Source: Acidilobaceae archaeon
GTDB lineage: Archaea > Thermoproteota > Thermoprotei_A > Sulfolobales > Acidilobaceae
NCBI GenBank assembly: GCA_038897215.1
Contig: JAWAWX010000001.1
Span: forward strand, 704,001 to 768,000
Length of the DNA stretch: 64,000 nucleotides
Direction: 5' to 3'
Both the position numbers and the translations under genes were made by a program. Shown one piece after another: positions 54,668 to 64,000 of this stretch (its first letter is position 1; the number at the start of each line of letters is the position of its first letter). The notes beneath the pieces were generated by a model, which worked only from the letters and a program-made list of their open reading frames with translations, did not search any database and was not told where the DNA came from.

Positions 54668-55966
54668 TCATAGCCCGAGATCAGCGAACGTGAGTATCTT
54701 CAACGCGGGACTCTTGGGTAGCACCTTGCTCCCAGCTCGAGCACCCACGAGTAGGCTCACGTTCTTCTCTACAGCTACGTCGGCTAGTCTCTGAGTGATT
54801 ATTCCGTCTAGTATCACTGCGTAAGCTTTGCCTGCTTCTAGGCTCTGCATGGTGTTGAATAGATCCTTCACCTTGACTCTCATAACCTCATTCCAGTTAG
54901 CGTCATAGACTATAGCTTCTAGAGTGCCCTTGAGGCGCCCGATATTCTCCAAGATGCTCTTAGGTATAGCCAGAGTAGTCATCTCGATCTCCGGCTGGGG
55001 AGCTGGAGGAGCTTCTGGAGGAGCTACAGCCACTGCCTCAGCTCGAGCAACGGGAGGAGCCTCTACTCTAGCCTCAGCCGCGGGAGCCTCTACCTCCGGC
55101 AAGACTGTAGGCTTGGGTGTGGGTGGAGCTACCTCAACTTGAGGCTTTAGGCTCTTAGCGAATTCATCTGCTGGGATCATCTCACTTAACGCTTTAGCTA
55201 TCTCTTTTGCTGTAAGCTTCTCAACCTCTCTACCTCTCGGAGCTCTAGCCACGTAGTCGATCTTCATCTGGCTTAATACATTCATAGCTATCAGCTCTCC
55301 TCCTCTATCTCCGTCAACGAATAAGACTACCTTCTTGGCTTCAGCGAGCTTCTTCAAGCTCTCCGGCACTCTCTCTCTAGCTCCTTCTAGAGCGATCACG
55401 TTCTCGTAGCCGTATCTGAGGAGATTCACGACATCAGCTCTACCCTCAACAACTATCAGGGTATCGGCTGTCTCTACCTGAGGGCCTGCAGGTAGCCTCT
55501 CAGGGCCGTACTCTATCACTCTAGGGACTTTGAGTAAGTCCTCTTCGACCTGCCTTATGATCTCCTTTATGTCTGGCTCTTCCTCCTTGATCTTCCTCAA
55601 TATCTCCTTAGCTCTATCGATGATGTATTTGATCTTCTCTGCTCTCAAGTCTCTGACCTCCTCGACTATCAAGCGGGCAGAGTAGGGCCCTACTTTGTCC
55701 ACGGTTTCGAGCATAGCTGCTAGAATAGCTGTCTCTACTCTATCGAGATTACTCGGAACCTGGATAGAGCCTAGAGTCTTGCTCCCAACGTGTCTCAAGT
55801 CGATCAAGACTCTGCCGATTTTATCCTTCTCCTGGAGTTCTTCTAGGTTGAATGCAGAGCCGAGTAGCCCCTCTGTCTGCCCAAAGATAGCGCCTATTAT
55901 ATCGTGCCTCTCTACCTTCCCATCTACTTCTATCCTCGCTTTAATCATATACTTCACAAACACCAC
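54668..55966 (-). CDS. dnaG: Archaeal DnaG (TOPRIM; exosome-associated)
   Basis: KY.I, GAIFGQTEGLLG, VEGRADV, DGDRGG, DGIITQRL. Confidence 0.95.
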   Translation of the reverse strand: MVFVKYMIKARIEVDGKVERHDIIGAIFGQTEGLLGSAFNLEELQEKDKIGRVLIDLRHVGSKTLGSIQVPSNLDRVETAILAAMLETVDKVGPYSARLIVEEVRDLRAEKIKYIIDRAKEILRKIKEEEPDIKEIIRQVEEDLLKVPRVIEYGPERLPAGPQVETADTLIVVEGRADVVNLLRYGYENVIALEGARERVPESLKKLAEAKKVVLFVDGDRGGELIAMNVLSQMKIDYVARAPRGREVEKLTAKEIAKALSEMIPADEFAKSLKPQVEVAPPTPKPTVLPEVEAPAAEARVEAPPVARAEAVAVAPPEAPPAPQPEIEMTTLAIPKSILENIGRLKGTLEAIVYDANWNEVMRVKVKDLFNTMQSLEAGKAYAVILDGIITQRLADVAVEKNVSLLVGARAGSKVLPKSPALKILTFADLGL

Positions 55967-56061
55967 CCCGAAGGCCGAGCTCTCAGACTTCTCTTATACA
56001 GTTAGCTTAAGAGGCTTTATTTAAGCTAGTCTCTCCTCGATTGAGTGCTCAGCGAGCAAAG

Positions 56062-57240
56062 CTATGTTGCCTGCCGGCTGGAGTCCAAGGACTCTAGGTA
56101 GATCGACTTAAGGAGCTCTCTCGAAACAGCTACGGGCGATAGGCTCAGCTGTACTGGGAAGAGTTCGAGAGCTCTCTCCACCACCTCTTCAGCGTGGTCC
56201 GTGGAGAACCCGTAGCTGCGCAGACTCTCAGCGAAGCCTAGAGACTCTTGGAAGCGGGCTAGCGCTCTCGCGAAGACCTCCGGGTTATCTCCGCTCTCTC
56301 CAGGCTCGAGGAGAGGCTGGAGTATCGACGAGCACGTCTCTAGAGCTTCTGAGCATATGTGCTTAATAGCCGCTGGCCCTAGGATGGCGAGCCCAGCTCC
56401 GTGAGCTAGGCTTTGGTTGAGGCCTGTTAGCACGTGCTCCAGCACGTGTATTACGTGTGTCCTAGCGTTATCGATAGCTATGCCAGCAGTGAGTGCGGCA
56501 TACATCAGCCAGTATCTTGCCTCAACGTCTTCGGGTTTATTCAGAGCTCTAGGCAGATACCTAGCTATCAGCTTGACCCCCTCACTAGCCAGTGTTGTCA
56601 CCATAGGGGATGAGGCTCTAGAGGTAGAGGCTTCTATGAAATGGTAGAGAGCATCAAGGCTAGTGTACACTATTTGCTCTCTCGGCATGGTTAGAGTGTA
56701 GGTTGGGTCATCGACTGACACCATTGGGTAGAAGTAGTCGCTAGCTAGTCCTAGCTTCACTCTACTAGAGTTGTCAGAGATAACGCTATACCTATCCACC
56801 TCGCTACCAGTCCCGTGAGTCAAGTTGACAGCGATAACTGGAAGCGAGCCGCAGGGAGAACATCTACCCTCCAGGTAGTCTCTGGCAGCGCACCCGCAGA
56901 CAGCAACCACTGAAGCCAGCTTAGCCGTGTCTATAACACTACCGCCTCCCAGAGCGACTAAGCAGTCAGCTCCACCTCTCCAAGCCGCTTCAGCAACCTT
57001 ATCCACAGTCTCGACTGAAGGATTGGGCTCAACGCCCTGATAGAGAGAGACCTGAAGCCCGAGTCTTGAAGCTATCTTCTGGAAGTCTCCTAGAGCACCA
57101 CTGGAGAGAGCTCCCCTCCTGCCTGTCAACACCAGCACTCTCGAGAATCTCCTAAGATGCTCTTCGAGCATGGCGATCGACCCGGCTCCGAAGAACACCT
57201 GTGTTCTACCATACCTCAACGTGAAGCCTTTCAGTCGCAT
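56062..57240 (-). CDS. Iron-containing alcohol dehydrogenase
   Basis: NP, GGGSVID.AK, THGTGSE, DALYH..E, H..EH, HGAG. Confidence 0.93.
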   Translation of the reverse strand: MRLKGFTLRYGRTQVFFGAGSIAMLEEHLRRFSRVLVLTGRRGALSSGALGDFQKIASRLGLQVSLYQGVEPNPSVETVDKVAEAAWRGGADCLVALGGGSVIDTAKLASVVAVCGCAARDYLEGRCSPCGSLPVIAVNLTHGTGSEVDRYSVISDNSSRVKLGLASDYFYPMVSVDDPTYTLTMPREQIVYTSLDALYHFIEASTSRASSPMVTTLASEGVKLIARYLPRALNKPEDVEARYWLMYAALTAGIAIDNARTHVIHVLEHVLTGLNQSLAHGAGLAILGPAAIKHICSEALETCSSILQPLLEPGESGDNPEVFARALARFQESLGFAESLRSYGFSTDHAEEVVERALELFPVQLSLSPVAVSRELLKSIYLESLDSSRQAT

Positions 57241-57417
57241 AGATACCGCCAGATGAGAGAAGAGTCGAGGGAACTAATAGAGAAACGCTTGTGGTTCTAG
57301 CTGAGAGCTCCTCCAACTCTCAATACGTGAGACGAGCCGAAAAGATAGGGGAGACTGACTGAAGGCTCGCGCGGCTCGGAGTCTCAAAAAGTGGTCATCT
57401 GGAAGAACTTGTGTACG

Positions 57418-57759
57418 CTAGAAGCCGAATAGCCCGGCGAGCCCCGAGGATAGGTCTACCTCTTCCTCCTTCTTCTCCTCCTTCTTCTCCTCAACTGTCT
57501 GTGTTGTCGTTGACTGCGCGGCAGGCTGTGTTGTAGCGACTGCAGCAGGCGCAGCGGCTGGCGCTGCTAGTAGCGCCTGTTTGAGAACACTCTCTAGGTC
57601 GATTTGAGAGAGACTAGCTACTAGCATCTTGATTCTAACAGGGTCCGGCTCTAGCCCTAGAGCTCTCACAATCTTCTCTAGAGCATCCTCCGTTATTGGT
57701 CGCCCAGCGTAGTATAGAGCTAGCGCAGCGTGAACGTACGCCTTGCCTTCACTAGGCAT
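57418..57759 (-). CDS. rpl12: Ribosomal stalk protein P1/L12
   Basis: YVHAALAL, Ala-rich hinge, acidic tail GLAGLFGF. Confidence 0.95.
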   Translation of the reverse strand: MPSEGKAYVHAALALYYAGRPITEDALEKIVRALGLEPDPVRIKMLVASLSQIDLESVLKQALLAAPAAAPAAVATTQPAAQSTTTQTVEEKKEEKKEEEVDLSSGLAGLFGF

Positions 57760-57794
57760 TCTCCACTACACCCCGCGAAGGCTAGCTGGCTGTA

Positions 57795-57895
57795 GACTTA
57801 TAAACATTTTAGTGGCAGTAAGCAGAGACTTCGCAAGACCCTCCAAGAGCTCCAGCTTTTCTGAGGGATGGAGAGGAAGGCCAGGCTTTATTAAG
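57795..57895. promoter_or_regulatory. Divergent TATA boxes for rpl12 and rpl11-rpl1-rpl10
   Basis: TTATAAAC at about 57798 and TTTATTAAG at about 57887, each about 35-40 nt from its ATG. Confidence 0.6.
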
Positions 57896-57926
57896 CCTCT
57901 ATCTTAGGGCTCTCAGGGGATAGCGT

Positions 57927-58247
57927 ATGGGCAAAGGAGGCCAGACTAGACCCAGCGCTACCGAGCTTTTACTCAAGGCTGTGAAGGCGTCTGAGCCTAG
58001 TGGTGACCCTGCTCACAAGAAGATAGGAGACCTGCCTCTAGAGAAGATCGTGGAGATAGCTATCGAGAAAAAGCCCGACCTGTTAGCTAAGAGTCTGAAA
58101 GCAGCCGTGAAGACTATCCTAGGCTCTGCTAGAAGCATCGGGATCACGGTGAACGGAAAGGACCCCAAGATAGTGAGCAAGGAGATAGACGAGGGGCTAC
58201 ACGACGAGCTACTGAAGCGTTACGAAGACAAATGGGTTACGGCTTAG
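57927..58247 (+). CDS. rpl11: 50S ribosomal protein uL11, C-terminal domain only
   Basis: [39 protein letters not shown]; in-frame TAG two codons upstream of the ATG. Confidence 0.9.
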   Translation: MGKGGQTRPSATELLLKAVKASEPSGDPAHKKIGDLPLEKIVEIAIEKKPDLLAKSLKAAVKTILGSARSIGITVNGKDPKIVSKEIDEGLHDELLKRYEDKWVTA

Positions 58248-58303
58248 ATTCAAGAACGCTTTTATAGAGTCTAGAGTGTGGAGTCGGAGAGGGTGTCTAC
58301 TCG

Positions 58304-58939
58304 ATGCCGGTAGATGAGAAGAGTCTCAGAGACGCTATCGCTAAAGCGCTAGAGTCTAGGAGGAGGCGTTTCACTCAAGGAGTTGAGCTTCAGATCGTGC
58401 TGAGAGGCGTAGACCCGAAGTCTCAAGAGGGGAGGATCAGAGAGACAGTGTTTCTACCCCACGGTGTGGGGAGAGAGGTCAGAGTGTGCGTGATAGCGGA
58501 AGGCGATATGCTGATAGCTGCTAGAAGCATCCCGGGCATACAAGTCTACTCGAGGCAGGATGTTCAAGCTCTAGATAAGAAAAGCGCGAGAAAGCTCGCG
58601 GAGTCGTGCGACTGGGTCTTAGTGAGAGCAGACCTAATGGGTGTAGCGGGCAAGGTTCTAGGCCCGGCTCTAGGCCCTCGAGGTAAGATACTCGTCCCCG
58701 TCCCCCCCAATGCCAACATAGCGGACCTCGTGGAGAGATATAAGAGAGCAGTCTTGGTCAGAGCTAGAGGACAGCCTCAGATAGGCTGCAGGATCGGAGC
58801 AGAGGATATGGATGTCTCGCAACTCGTGGAGAACGCTAAAGCCGTGCTCTCGCTAGTAGAGTCTAAGCTGGGCGCGGACAAGATAGGAGCGATATACGTC
58901 AAGAAGACTATGGCGCCCCCGGTAGCTGTTCTGAGGTGA
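58304..58939 (+). CDS. rpl1: 50S ribosomal protein uL1
   Basis: RRFTQGVEL, LPHG, LGPALGPRGK, KKTM.P. Confidence 0.97.
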   Translation: MPVDEKSLRDAIAKALESRRRRFTQGVELQIVLRGVDPKSQEGRIRETVFLPHGVGREVRVCVIAEGDMLIAARSIPGIQVYSRQDVQALDKKSARKLAESCDWVLVRADLMGVAGKVLGPALGPRGKILVPVPPNANIADLVERYKRAVLVRARGQPQIGCRIGAEDMDVSQLVENAKAVLSLVESKLGADKIGAIYVKKTMAPPVAVLR

Positions 58940-59970
58940 TGCTCGTGGCTCTAGCTGTGAGAGCGAGAAAGGTTCAGCCTTGGAAGCTAGAGGTAGTAGA
59001 GGAGCTCAAGACTCTATTCACTAAACACTCTACAGTAATGATAGCGGACTTGACGAGCACTCCCACCAATGTAGTGCAAAAGATAAGGAAGGAGTTGCGG
59101 AAAGTAGGAGAAACGCGTGTAGCCAAGAAGACTTTAATACTGAAAGCTGTTGAGTCTCTAGGGTTCGACAAGAGCTCTCTCGAAGACACTCTTCGCGGCA
59201 CAACTCTCCTGATATTCACTAACGAGAACCCCTTCAGACTCTACTCGATCATAGAGTCTCTCAAGGTCTCAGTTGACGCTAAGCCAGGTCAAATAGCACC
59301 TAAAGATATTGTGGTTCCAGAAGGGCCTACCAACATACCAGCTGGTCCAATGCTCGGAGTCCTCGGTAGGCTCAAGATTCCCTACGAGGTCAGAGGCGGT
59401 AAAGCTTACATCAAGAAGTCGACAGTCGTGGTGAAAGCCGGTCAGACGATAACCCCGGAGGTCGCTAGCGTTCTCCAGAAGATAGGAGTAAAGCCTATAG
59501 AGGTCTCTCTCAAGGTAGTCGCGGCATACGATAGAGGAGTAGTGATCCCAGCTAGTAGCCTAAAGCTCGACCTCGAATCGGTCACCAAAGAGTTTTCTGA
59601 CGCTGCTCAAGAGCTCCTGAAGGTGGCTGTAGAAGCAGCGTTATTCGATGTAGACGTAGCTTTACCCATAATGCTCCAGCACGCTGAGAGAAGAGTAGAA
59701 GCAGTCGCGGGAGAACTCGCTATACCAGCACCCGGTCTACTAGAGCCGGCTTTGAGGAGAGCTATAGCAGAGGTGGCGGCAATAGCGCTAGCTCTAGGAG
59801 AGAAAGCAAAAGAGTTAGGAATAGAGGACATCGTAGCACTACAGCAGACCCCAGCTCCACAACAGCAAGTAGCGGAGACACAGCAAGCACCTGAGCGGAA
59901 GGAAGAAGAGGAGAAGAAAGAGGAAGAGGTAGACCTATCCTCAGGACTCGCTGGGCTATTCGGCTTCTAG
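58936..59970 (+). CDS. rpl10: 50S ribosomal protein uL10/P0
   Basis: WK..V, AKPGQIAPKDIVVPEGPT, acidic tail GLAGLFGF. Confidence 0.97.
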   Translation: MMLVALAVRARKVQPWKLEVVEELKTLFTKHSTVMIADLTSTPTNVVQKIRKELRKVGETRVAKKTLILKAVESLGFDKSSLEDTLRGTTLLIFTNENPFRLYSIIESLKVSVDAKPGQIAPKDIVVPEGPTNIPAGPMLGVLGRLKIPYEVRGGKAYIKKSTVVVKAGQTITPEVASVLQKIGVKPIEVSLKVVAAYDRGVVIPASSLKLDLESVTKEFSDAAQELLKVAVEAALFDVDVALPIMLQHAERRVEAVAGELAIPAPGLLEPALRRAIAEVAAIALALGEKAKELGIEDIVALQQTPAPQQQVAETQQAPERKEEEEKKEEEVDLSSGLAGLFGF

Positions 59971-60165
59971 CTCGAGGACTCTCAGCTAGCCTCCTCCTCG
60001 AACTCTTCCATCTAGCTAGCCGGGCTCACTCTGAGAGCTCAGAGCTCTACCGTGGTCTAACGTGTCTAAATCCTCGGAAAAGCTCGGATGATTCTCACTA
60101 CAGGTCTTTACCTTCTTCCTCCGCTTTATAAGTTTCCGCTTTTGCTCAGACTCGGGGCTCGAGTC

Positions 60166-62925
60166 TTGAGTCTAGTAGACCCTAGAGAGTTCGAGCTACC
60201 CTTCTTTAAGGAGAGGGGGTTTAAGAGACTTCGAGGCAGGAGGTGTGCTGAACACTTCTGGACTCTAAATCAGGAGTTCGACGAGCCTCAAGACGCTCCT
60301 TGCGTCGACTACTGGTTTGACAGAATTCCTGCTAGAGAAGAGCTAGACGTGAGAGGAGCTAGGAGAAAATTCGTAGACTTCTTCCTGAAGCGAGGCCACG
60401 AGTTTCTGCCTCCGAGACCTGTCGTAGCCCGCTGGAGAGAAGACCTCTATTTGACTATAGCTAGCATTGCCGTATTCCAGCCTCACGTGACGAGCGGCCT
60501 CGTCCCACCTCCCGCTAACCCTCTCGTGATAAGCCAGCCAAGCATCAGGCTCGAGGATATAGACAATGTTGGCTTAACTCTCGGAAGACATCTAACGAGC
60601 TTCGAGATGGCTGCTCACCACGCTTTCAACTACCCAGATAGATACGTCTACTGGAAGGATGAGACTGTCAGATACGCCTTCGAGTTCTTCACTGAAGAGA
60701 TAGGAGTGCCCGAGGATATGATAACATTCAAAGAATCCTGGTGGGAGGGTGGAGGGAATGCCGGCCCCTGCTTCGAGGTCTCAGTAGGTGGCATAGAGCT
60801 AGCCACGCTGGTCTTCATGATGTACAAGGTAGAAGACGGCAGATACACTGAGATCCCGCTAAAGATCGTGGATACAGGCTACGGAGTCGAGAGAATAGCC
60901 TGGTATACATCGAAGAAGCCTACAGCATTTCACGCTATCTACGGTGAGGCATTAGAGAAGTTGAGAGAGAAGCTCGGGGTAGAGAGACCCGATGAGAGGA
61001 TACTCTGGGCAGCCTTCAGAACAGCGAGCCGCCTAGACCCCGAGAGCCCGGGAGGCTTGAGGCTGTTCTACGAGAGTGTTGCTAAACTCGCAGAGGAGTC
61101 CTTAGAGAAAGTGACTGAGACTCTCTCGAGAGAAGCTAGATTCTACGCTGTACTCGACCATTCTAAGACCTTGGCGCTAATGCTAGCAGATGGCATAGTC
61201 CCGAGCAACTCTGGAGAAGGCTATTTAGCTAGGCTTGTTGCTAGGAGAGCTTTGAGACAGTTGCTGAAGCTAGGAGCTTCTAGAACTCTAGTAGACCTGG
61301 TAGACTTCCAGATAGACTTCTGGAGCCAGGACTTCCCCCAGCTTAGAGAGAACAGAGACTACATCCTCGATGCTGTCACGCTAGAAGAGGAGAGATTCAA
61401 GGAGGCTCTAGAGAGAGGAGTTAAGCTCGTCGAGAGAGAGCTGAGGAGAGGAGCGTCTCTCACTGTAGAAGACTTGATCAGAATCTATGATAGCCACGGG
61501 GTCCCGCCTGATGTAGTCGCTGAGATAGCTGCCCCCAAAGGAGTAGTAGTCAGTATCCCCCACGATTTCTACTCTCTGGTAGCAAAGAGGCACAGGTCTC
61601 CACCCAGGCTAGCTAAGGAGGTAGAGACGACAGACCTGCCTCTAGAGATTGTCGAGTGGGCTAGAGCCTTCCCCAGCACCAGGCTTCTCTACTACCAGGA
61701 CCCCTACGCTAGAGATTTCGAGGCGATAGTGCTAGGGTCTCGTGACCGCTACCTAGTCCTAGACTCGACTCTGTTCTACTCGAGAGGCGGAGGGCAGTAT
61801 AGCGATACCGGCTACGTGGAGTCTGAGAGAGCAAGGTACAAGGTCGTAGGAGCTGAGAAGGTTGAGGGTGTCGTAGTTCACATCCTCGACAGACCGGCCT
61901 CTGAGCTCTCTCCAGGTACTCGTATACGCGGGAGGATAGATTGGGAGAGGAGATTCAGGATAATGAGGCATCACACGGCAACCCACATAATCCTAGGAGC
62001 AGCGAGGCGCATACTAGGCTCCCATGTCTGGCAGGCTGGAGCGGAGAAGACGGAGGTTAAAGCTAGACTAGACATAACCCACCATAGACCTCTCACTCTC
62101 CAGCAGATCAAGGCGATCGAGGAGCTGGCAAACAGAGTGGTCGATGAGAGGAGGAGAGTGAAGATAGAGTTCGTGAACAAGAACGAGGCTGAGGAAAAGT
62201 TCGGCTTCTCGATATACCAAGGCGGAGTCCCCATGGCTGAGAAGATAAGAATAGTGGAGATCGAGGGCTGGGACGTTCAGGCTTGTGGAGGCACTCATGT
62301 GCTCAACACTGGAGACATCGGGGCGATCAAGCTAGTTAATGTGGAGAAGATACAGGATGGAGTGATCAGACTAGAGTTCATTGCTGGCACGCGTGTAGCT
62401 GAAGAAGCGTCGAGACTTGAGAGCAAGATTAGAGAGATAGCTGAGATAATCGGAGCAGGGAAAGACCAGGAGGTGGAGAGAGCTAGGAGGCTAGTCGAGG
62501 ACCTAGAGGAGATGGAGTCTAAGCTCAAAACGTATAGAGAGCTTTGGCTCGCTAGCCTCAAAGCCGAGGCTCTTAGAGCAGAACCCGTCGGAGGAGTGAG
62601 AATCGTGGTAGCTGAGATGCCTGAAAGAGATAGAGAGGTTGCTCAAGAGGTTCTCCGAAGACTCACTAGTGACGTCGAGGATGTAGTCGCAGGTCTCATC
62701 ATAAAGCTTGATGACGGGATACAGCTAGAGATAGCAGCTGGTCAGAAAGCAGGAGCAAAGCTAGACCTAGGGGCTCTAGCAAAGACACTAGCGTCAAGGC
62801 TAGGAGGTAGGGGTGGAGGCTCGAGAACCTACGCTAGCCTCAGGCTTCAGAGACAGCTATTAGCGAGAGAGGTGCTCGAGGAGGTCAAGCAGTTGGTGTC
62901 TTCGAGCATTGCTACTAATAGTTGA
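60166..62925 (+). CDS. alaS: Alanyl-tRNA synthetase (archaeal type)
   Basis: VVARWR, IASI..FQP, FEM.AHH, DTGYG.ER, GGQ, HTATH, QACGGTH, C-Ala GGGS; likely TTG start at 60166. Confidence 0.97.
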   Translation: MSLVDPREFELPFFKERGFKRLRGRRCAEHFWTLNQEFDEPQDAPCVDYWFDRIPAREELDVRGARRKFVDFFLKRGHEFLPPRPVVARWREDLYLTIASIAVFQPHVTSGLVPPPANPLVISQPSIRLEDIDNVGLTLGRHLTSFEMAAHHAFNYPDRYVYWKDETVRYAFEFFTEEIGVPEDMITFKESWWEGGGNAGPCFEVSVGGIELATLVFMMYKVEDGRYTEIPLKIVDTGYGVERIAWYTSKKPTAFHAIYGEALEKLREKLGVERPDERILWAAFRTASRLDPESPGGLRLFYESVAKLAEESLEKVTETLSREARFYAVLDHSKTLALMLADGIVPSNSGEGYLARLVARRALRQLLKLGASRTLVDLVDFQIDFWSQDFPQLRENRDYILDAVTLEEERFKEALERGVKLVERELRRGASLTVEDLIRIYDSHGVPPDVVAEIAAPKGVVVSIPHDFYSLVAKRHRSPPRLAKEVETTDLPLEIVEWARAFPSTRLLYYQDPYARDFEAIVLGSRDRYLVLDSTLFYSRGGGQYSDTGYVESERARYKVVGAEKVEGVVVHILDRPASELSPGTRIRGRIDWERRFRIMRHHTATHIILGAARRILGSHVWQAGAEKTEVKARLDITHHRPLTLQQIKAIEELANRVVDERRRVKIEFVNKNEAEEKFGFSIYQGGVPMAEKIRIVEIEGWDVQACGGTHVLNTGDIGAIKLVNVEKIQDGVIRLEFIAGTRVAEEASRLESKIREIAEIIGAGKDQEVERARRLVEDLEEMESKLKTYRELWLASLKAEALRAEPVGGVRIVVAEMPERDREVAQEVLRRLTSDVEDVVAGLIIKLDDGIQLEIAAGQKAGAKLDLGALAKTLASRLGGRGGGSRTYASLRLQRQLLAREVLEEVKQLVSSSIATNS

Positions 62926-63688
62926 CCTCGATGGAGTGATTTGGCTAGGCCGTAAGATACTCTGGGACAATGTAGACTTCCTGAGGTCGCTCGAGAGAAC
63001 TCAGATAGTATTCGTTACCAACAACTCGACAGCTAGTAGGAGAGAGTACGCGGAGAGGCTGAACTCTATCGGCTTTGATGTAACGGAAGACGATGTAGTG
63101 ACTAGCGCTCAAGCCGCAGCACTCTGGCTTAGAGAGCGCTCGGAAAGACTCAAGGTTTACGCTATAGGAGAAAGGGGGCTCTTAGAGGAACTCTCTCTAG
63201 CGGGGCTCAAGATAGTCGATAGCTATGAGGAAGCAGAAGCGGTAGTGGTAGGTCTAGACAGGAGGCTAACCTACGGAAAGCTATCCAAAGCCTTGAAGGC
63301 GATAATGCGAGGAGCGTTCTTCGTAGCGACTAACGAAGACCCCACCTACCCTACCTCTCGGGGAGCTAATCCAGGTGCTGGAGCAATAGTCGCAGCACTA
63401 GAGAGAGCTTCAGGCAGAAAGCCTGACTTCGTTGCAGGTAAGCCTAACCCGTGGATTGCAGAGATAGCTCTTAGAGGTCGCAGAGTCTCTCTAGAAGACG
63501 TCGTCATTATAGGTGATAGAGTCGATACAGACATAGAACTCGCCTTCAGGATAGGCTGTAGAGCAGTACTAGTAGCGAGCATGGAGAGAAGAGGAGAGCT
63601 CTCTCAGCTAAGAAAAAGGGGAGTAATCATAGTAGAGAGTCTGAAGAACCTTCCACCTCTTGAAACACTACAGCAGACTCCCCGGTAG
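62909..63688 (+). CDS. HAD-IIA family hydrolase (NagD-like)
   Basis: DLDGV, TNNS, GKP, IGDRVDTD. Confidence 0.93.
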   Translation: MLLIVDLDGVIWLGRKILWDNVDFLRSLERTQIVFVTNNSTASRREYAERLNSIGFDVTEDDVVTSAQAAALWLRERSERLKVYAIGERGLLEELSLAGLKIVDSYEEAEAVVVGLDRRLTYGKLSKALKAIMRGAFFVATNEDPTYPTSRGANPGAGAIVAALERASGRKPDFVAGKPNPWIAEIALRGRRVSLEDVVIIGDRVDTDIELAFRIGCRAVLVASMERRGELSQLRKRGVIIVESLKNLPPLETLQQTPR

Positions 63689-63810
63689 CGAACTCTAGCC
63701 ACTCGACCCCCAGGCTAAGCGCTTAGTGCTAGCTAGAGAGGCCTATAGGAGAATCCGGAGGTCGTGTAGTTAGTCAGCATCTACGAGAGTAGCTTCAAGC
63801 TCTCTCGCGC

Positions 63811-63999
63811 TCAAGGAGGTCTCGGGACTACTACGCTCCTCCTGTAGTCTCTCAGGTTGAAGCTACTTACGTCGAGCTTCTTCACGTCATACCCTCTCAC
63901 TAGCTTCAGGAAATCGTCTACGGGCCTCAAAGGTAGCCTGAGGCCTCTGACTGCGTAATGTATCGGCAAGACGTTCAGAGGTTCTGTCTTCTCGACTAT
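63811..63999 (-). CDS. C-terminus of a probable MBL-fold hydrolase (5' partial)
   Basis: ...IVEKTEPLNVLPIHYAVRGLRLPLRPVDDFL... contains a P.HY motif; the frame runs off the window end. Confidence 0.55.
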   Translation of the reverse strand: MVEKTEPLNVLPIHYAVRGLRLPLRPVDDFLKLVRGYDVKKLDVSSFNLRDYRRSVVVPRPP

Positions 64000-64000
64000 C

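Larger units (their letters stand above)
57418..59970. repeat. 63-nt inverted repeat pair (57418-57480 and 59908-59970), 59/63 identical
   Basis: Both encode EEKKEEEVDLSSGLAGLFGF*; the four mismatches are all synonymous. Confidence 0.9.

Noticed and set aside
60088-60165. N-terminal extension of AlaRS (and likewise PhoH 19540-19644, PotD 40053-40091)
   Set aside because: The AlaRS and PhoH extensions run through TATA-like promoter sequence. In all three cases a downstream start fits the homology or SD position better.

Overview
A 64 kb, gene-dense core-genome segment from a hyperthermophilic crenarchaeon (Thermoproteota, probably Desulfurococcales/Acidilobales-like). The assignment rests on PolB3, short XPF, Hjc, PINA, archaeal PEP carboxylase, eL40 and tRNAs with BHB introns. 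It carries replication/repair genes (PCNA, FEN1, PolB3, XPF, Hjc, EndoIV, photolyase), translation genes (uL2, eL40, P1/L12, uL11, uL1, uL10, LeuRS, AlaRS, ThiI), three tRNAs and the RNase P RNA. It also has a Tat-exported Psr/Phs-type molybdoenzyme operon, polyamine genes (AdoMetDC, PotABCD), NfeD/stomatin and a large coiled-coil-stalked S-layer-like protein. No CRISPR array, transposase or integrase was seen. Most unusual observations: (1) the RNase P RNA keeps a full P4 register but changes three normally invariant active-site bases, including the bulged catalytic U; (2) the AdoMetDC mRNA is bracketed by a (G6N)3 5' leader and a perfect 11-bp 3' hairpin, with apparent nucleoside pseudoenzymes nearby; (3) a fused RHH-HTH-PIN protein is coupled to a vWA pair; (4) uL11 lacks its N-terminal domain and rpl12 is inverted, so the stalk locus is flanked by 63-nt inverted repeats; (5) thiI has a T7 frameshift and EndoIV has TCG where its start codon should be; (6) two unannotated structured intergenic elements; (7) strong CTAG enrichment. 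All calls are by eye and no searches were run.
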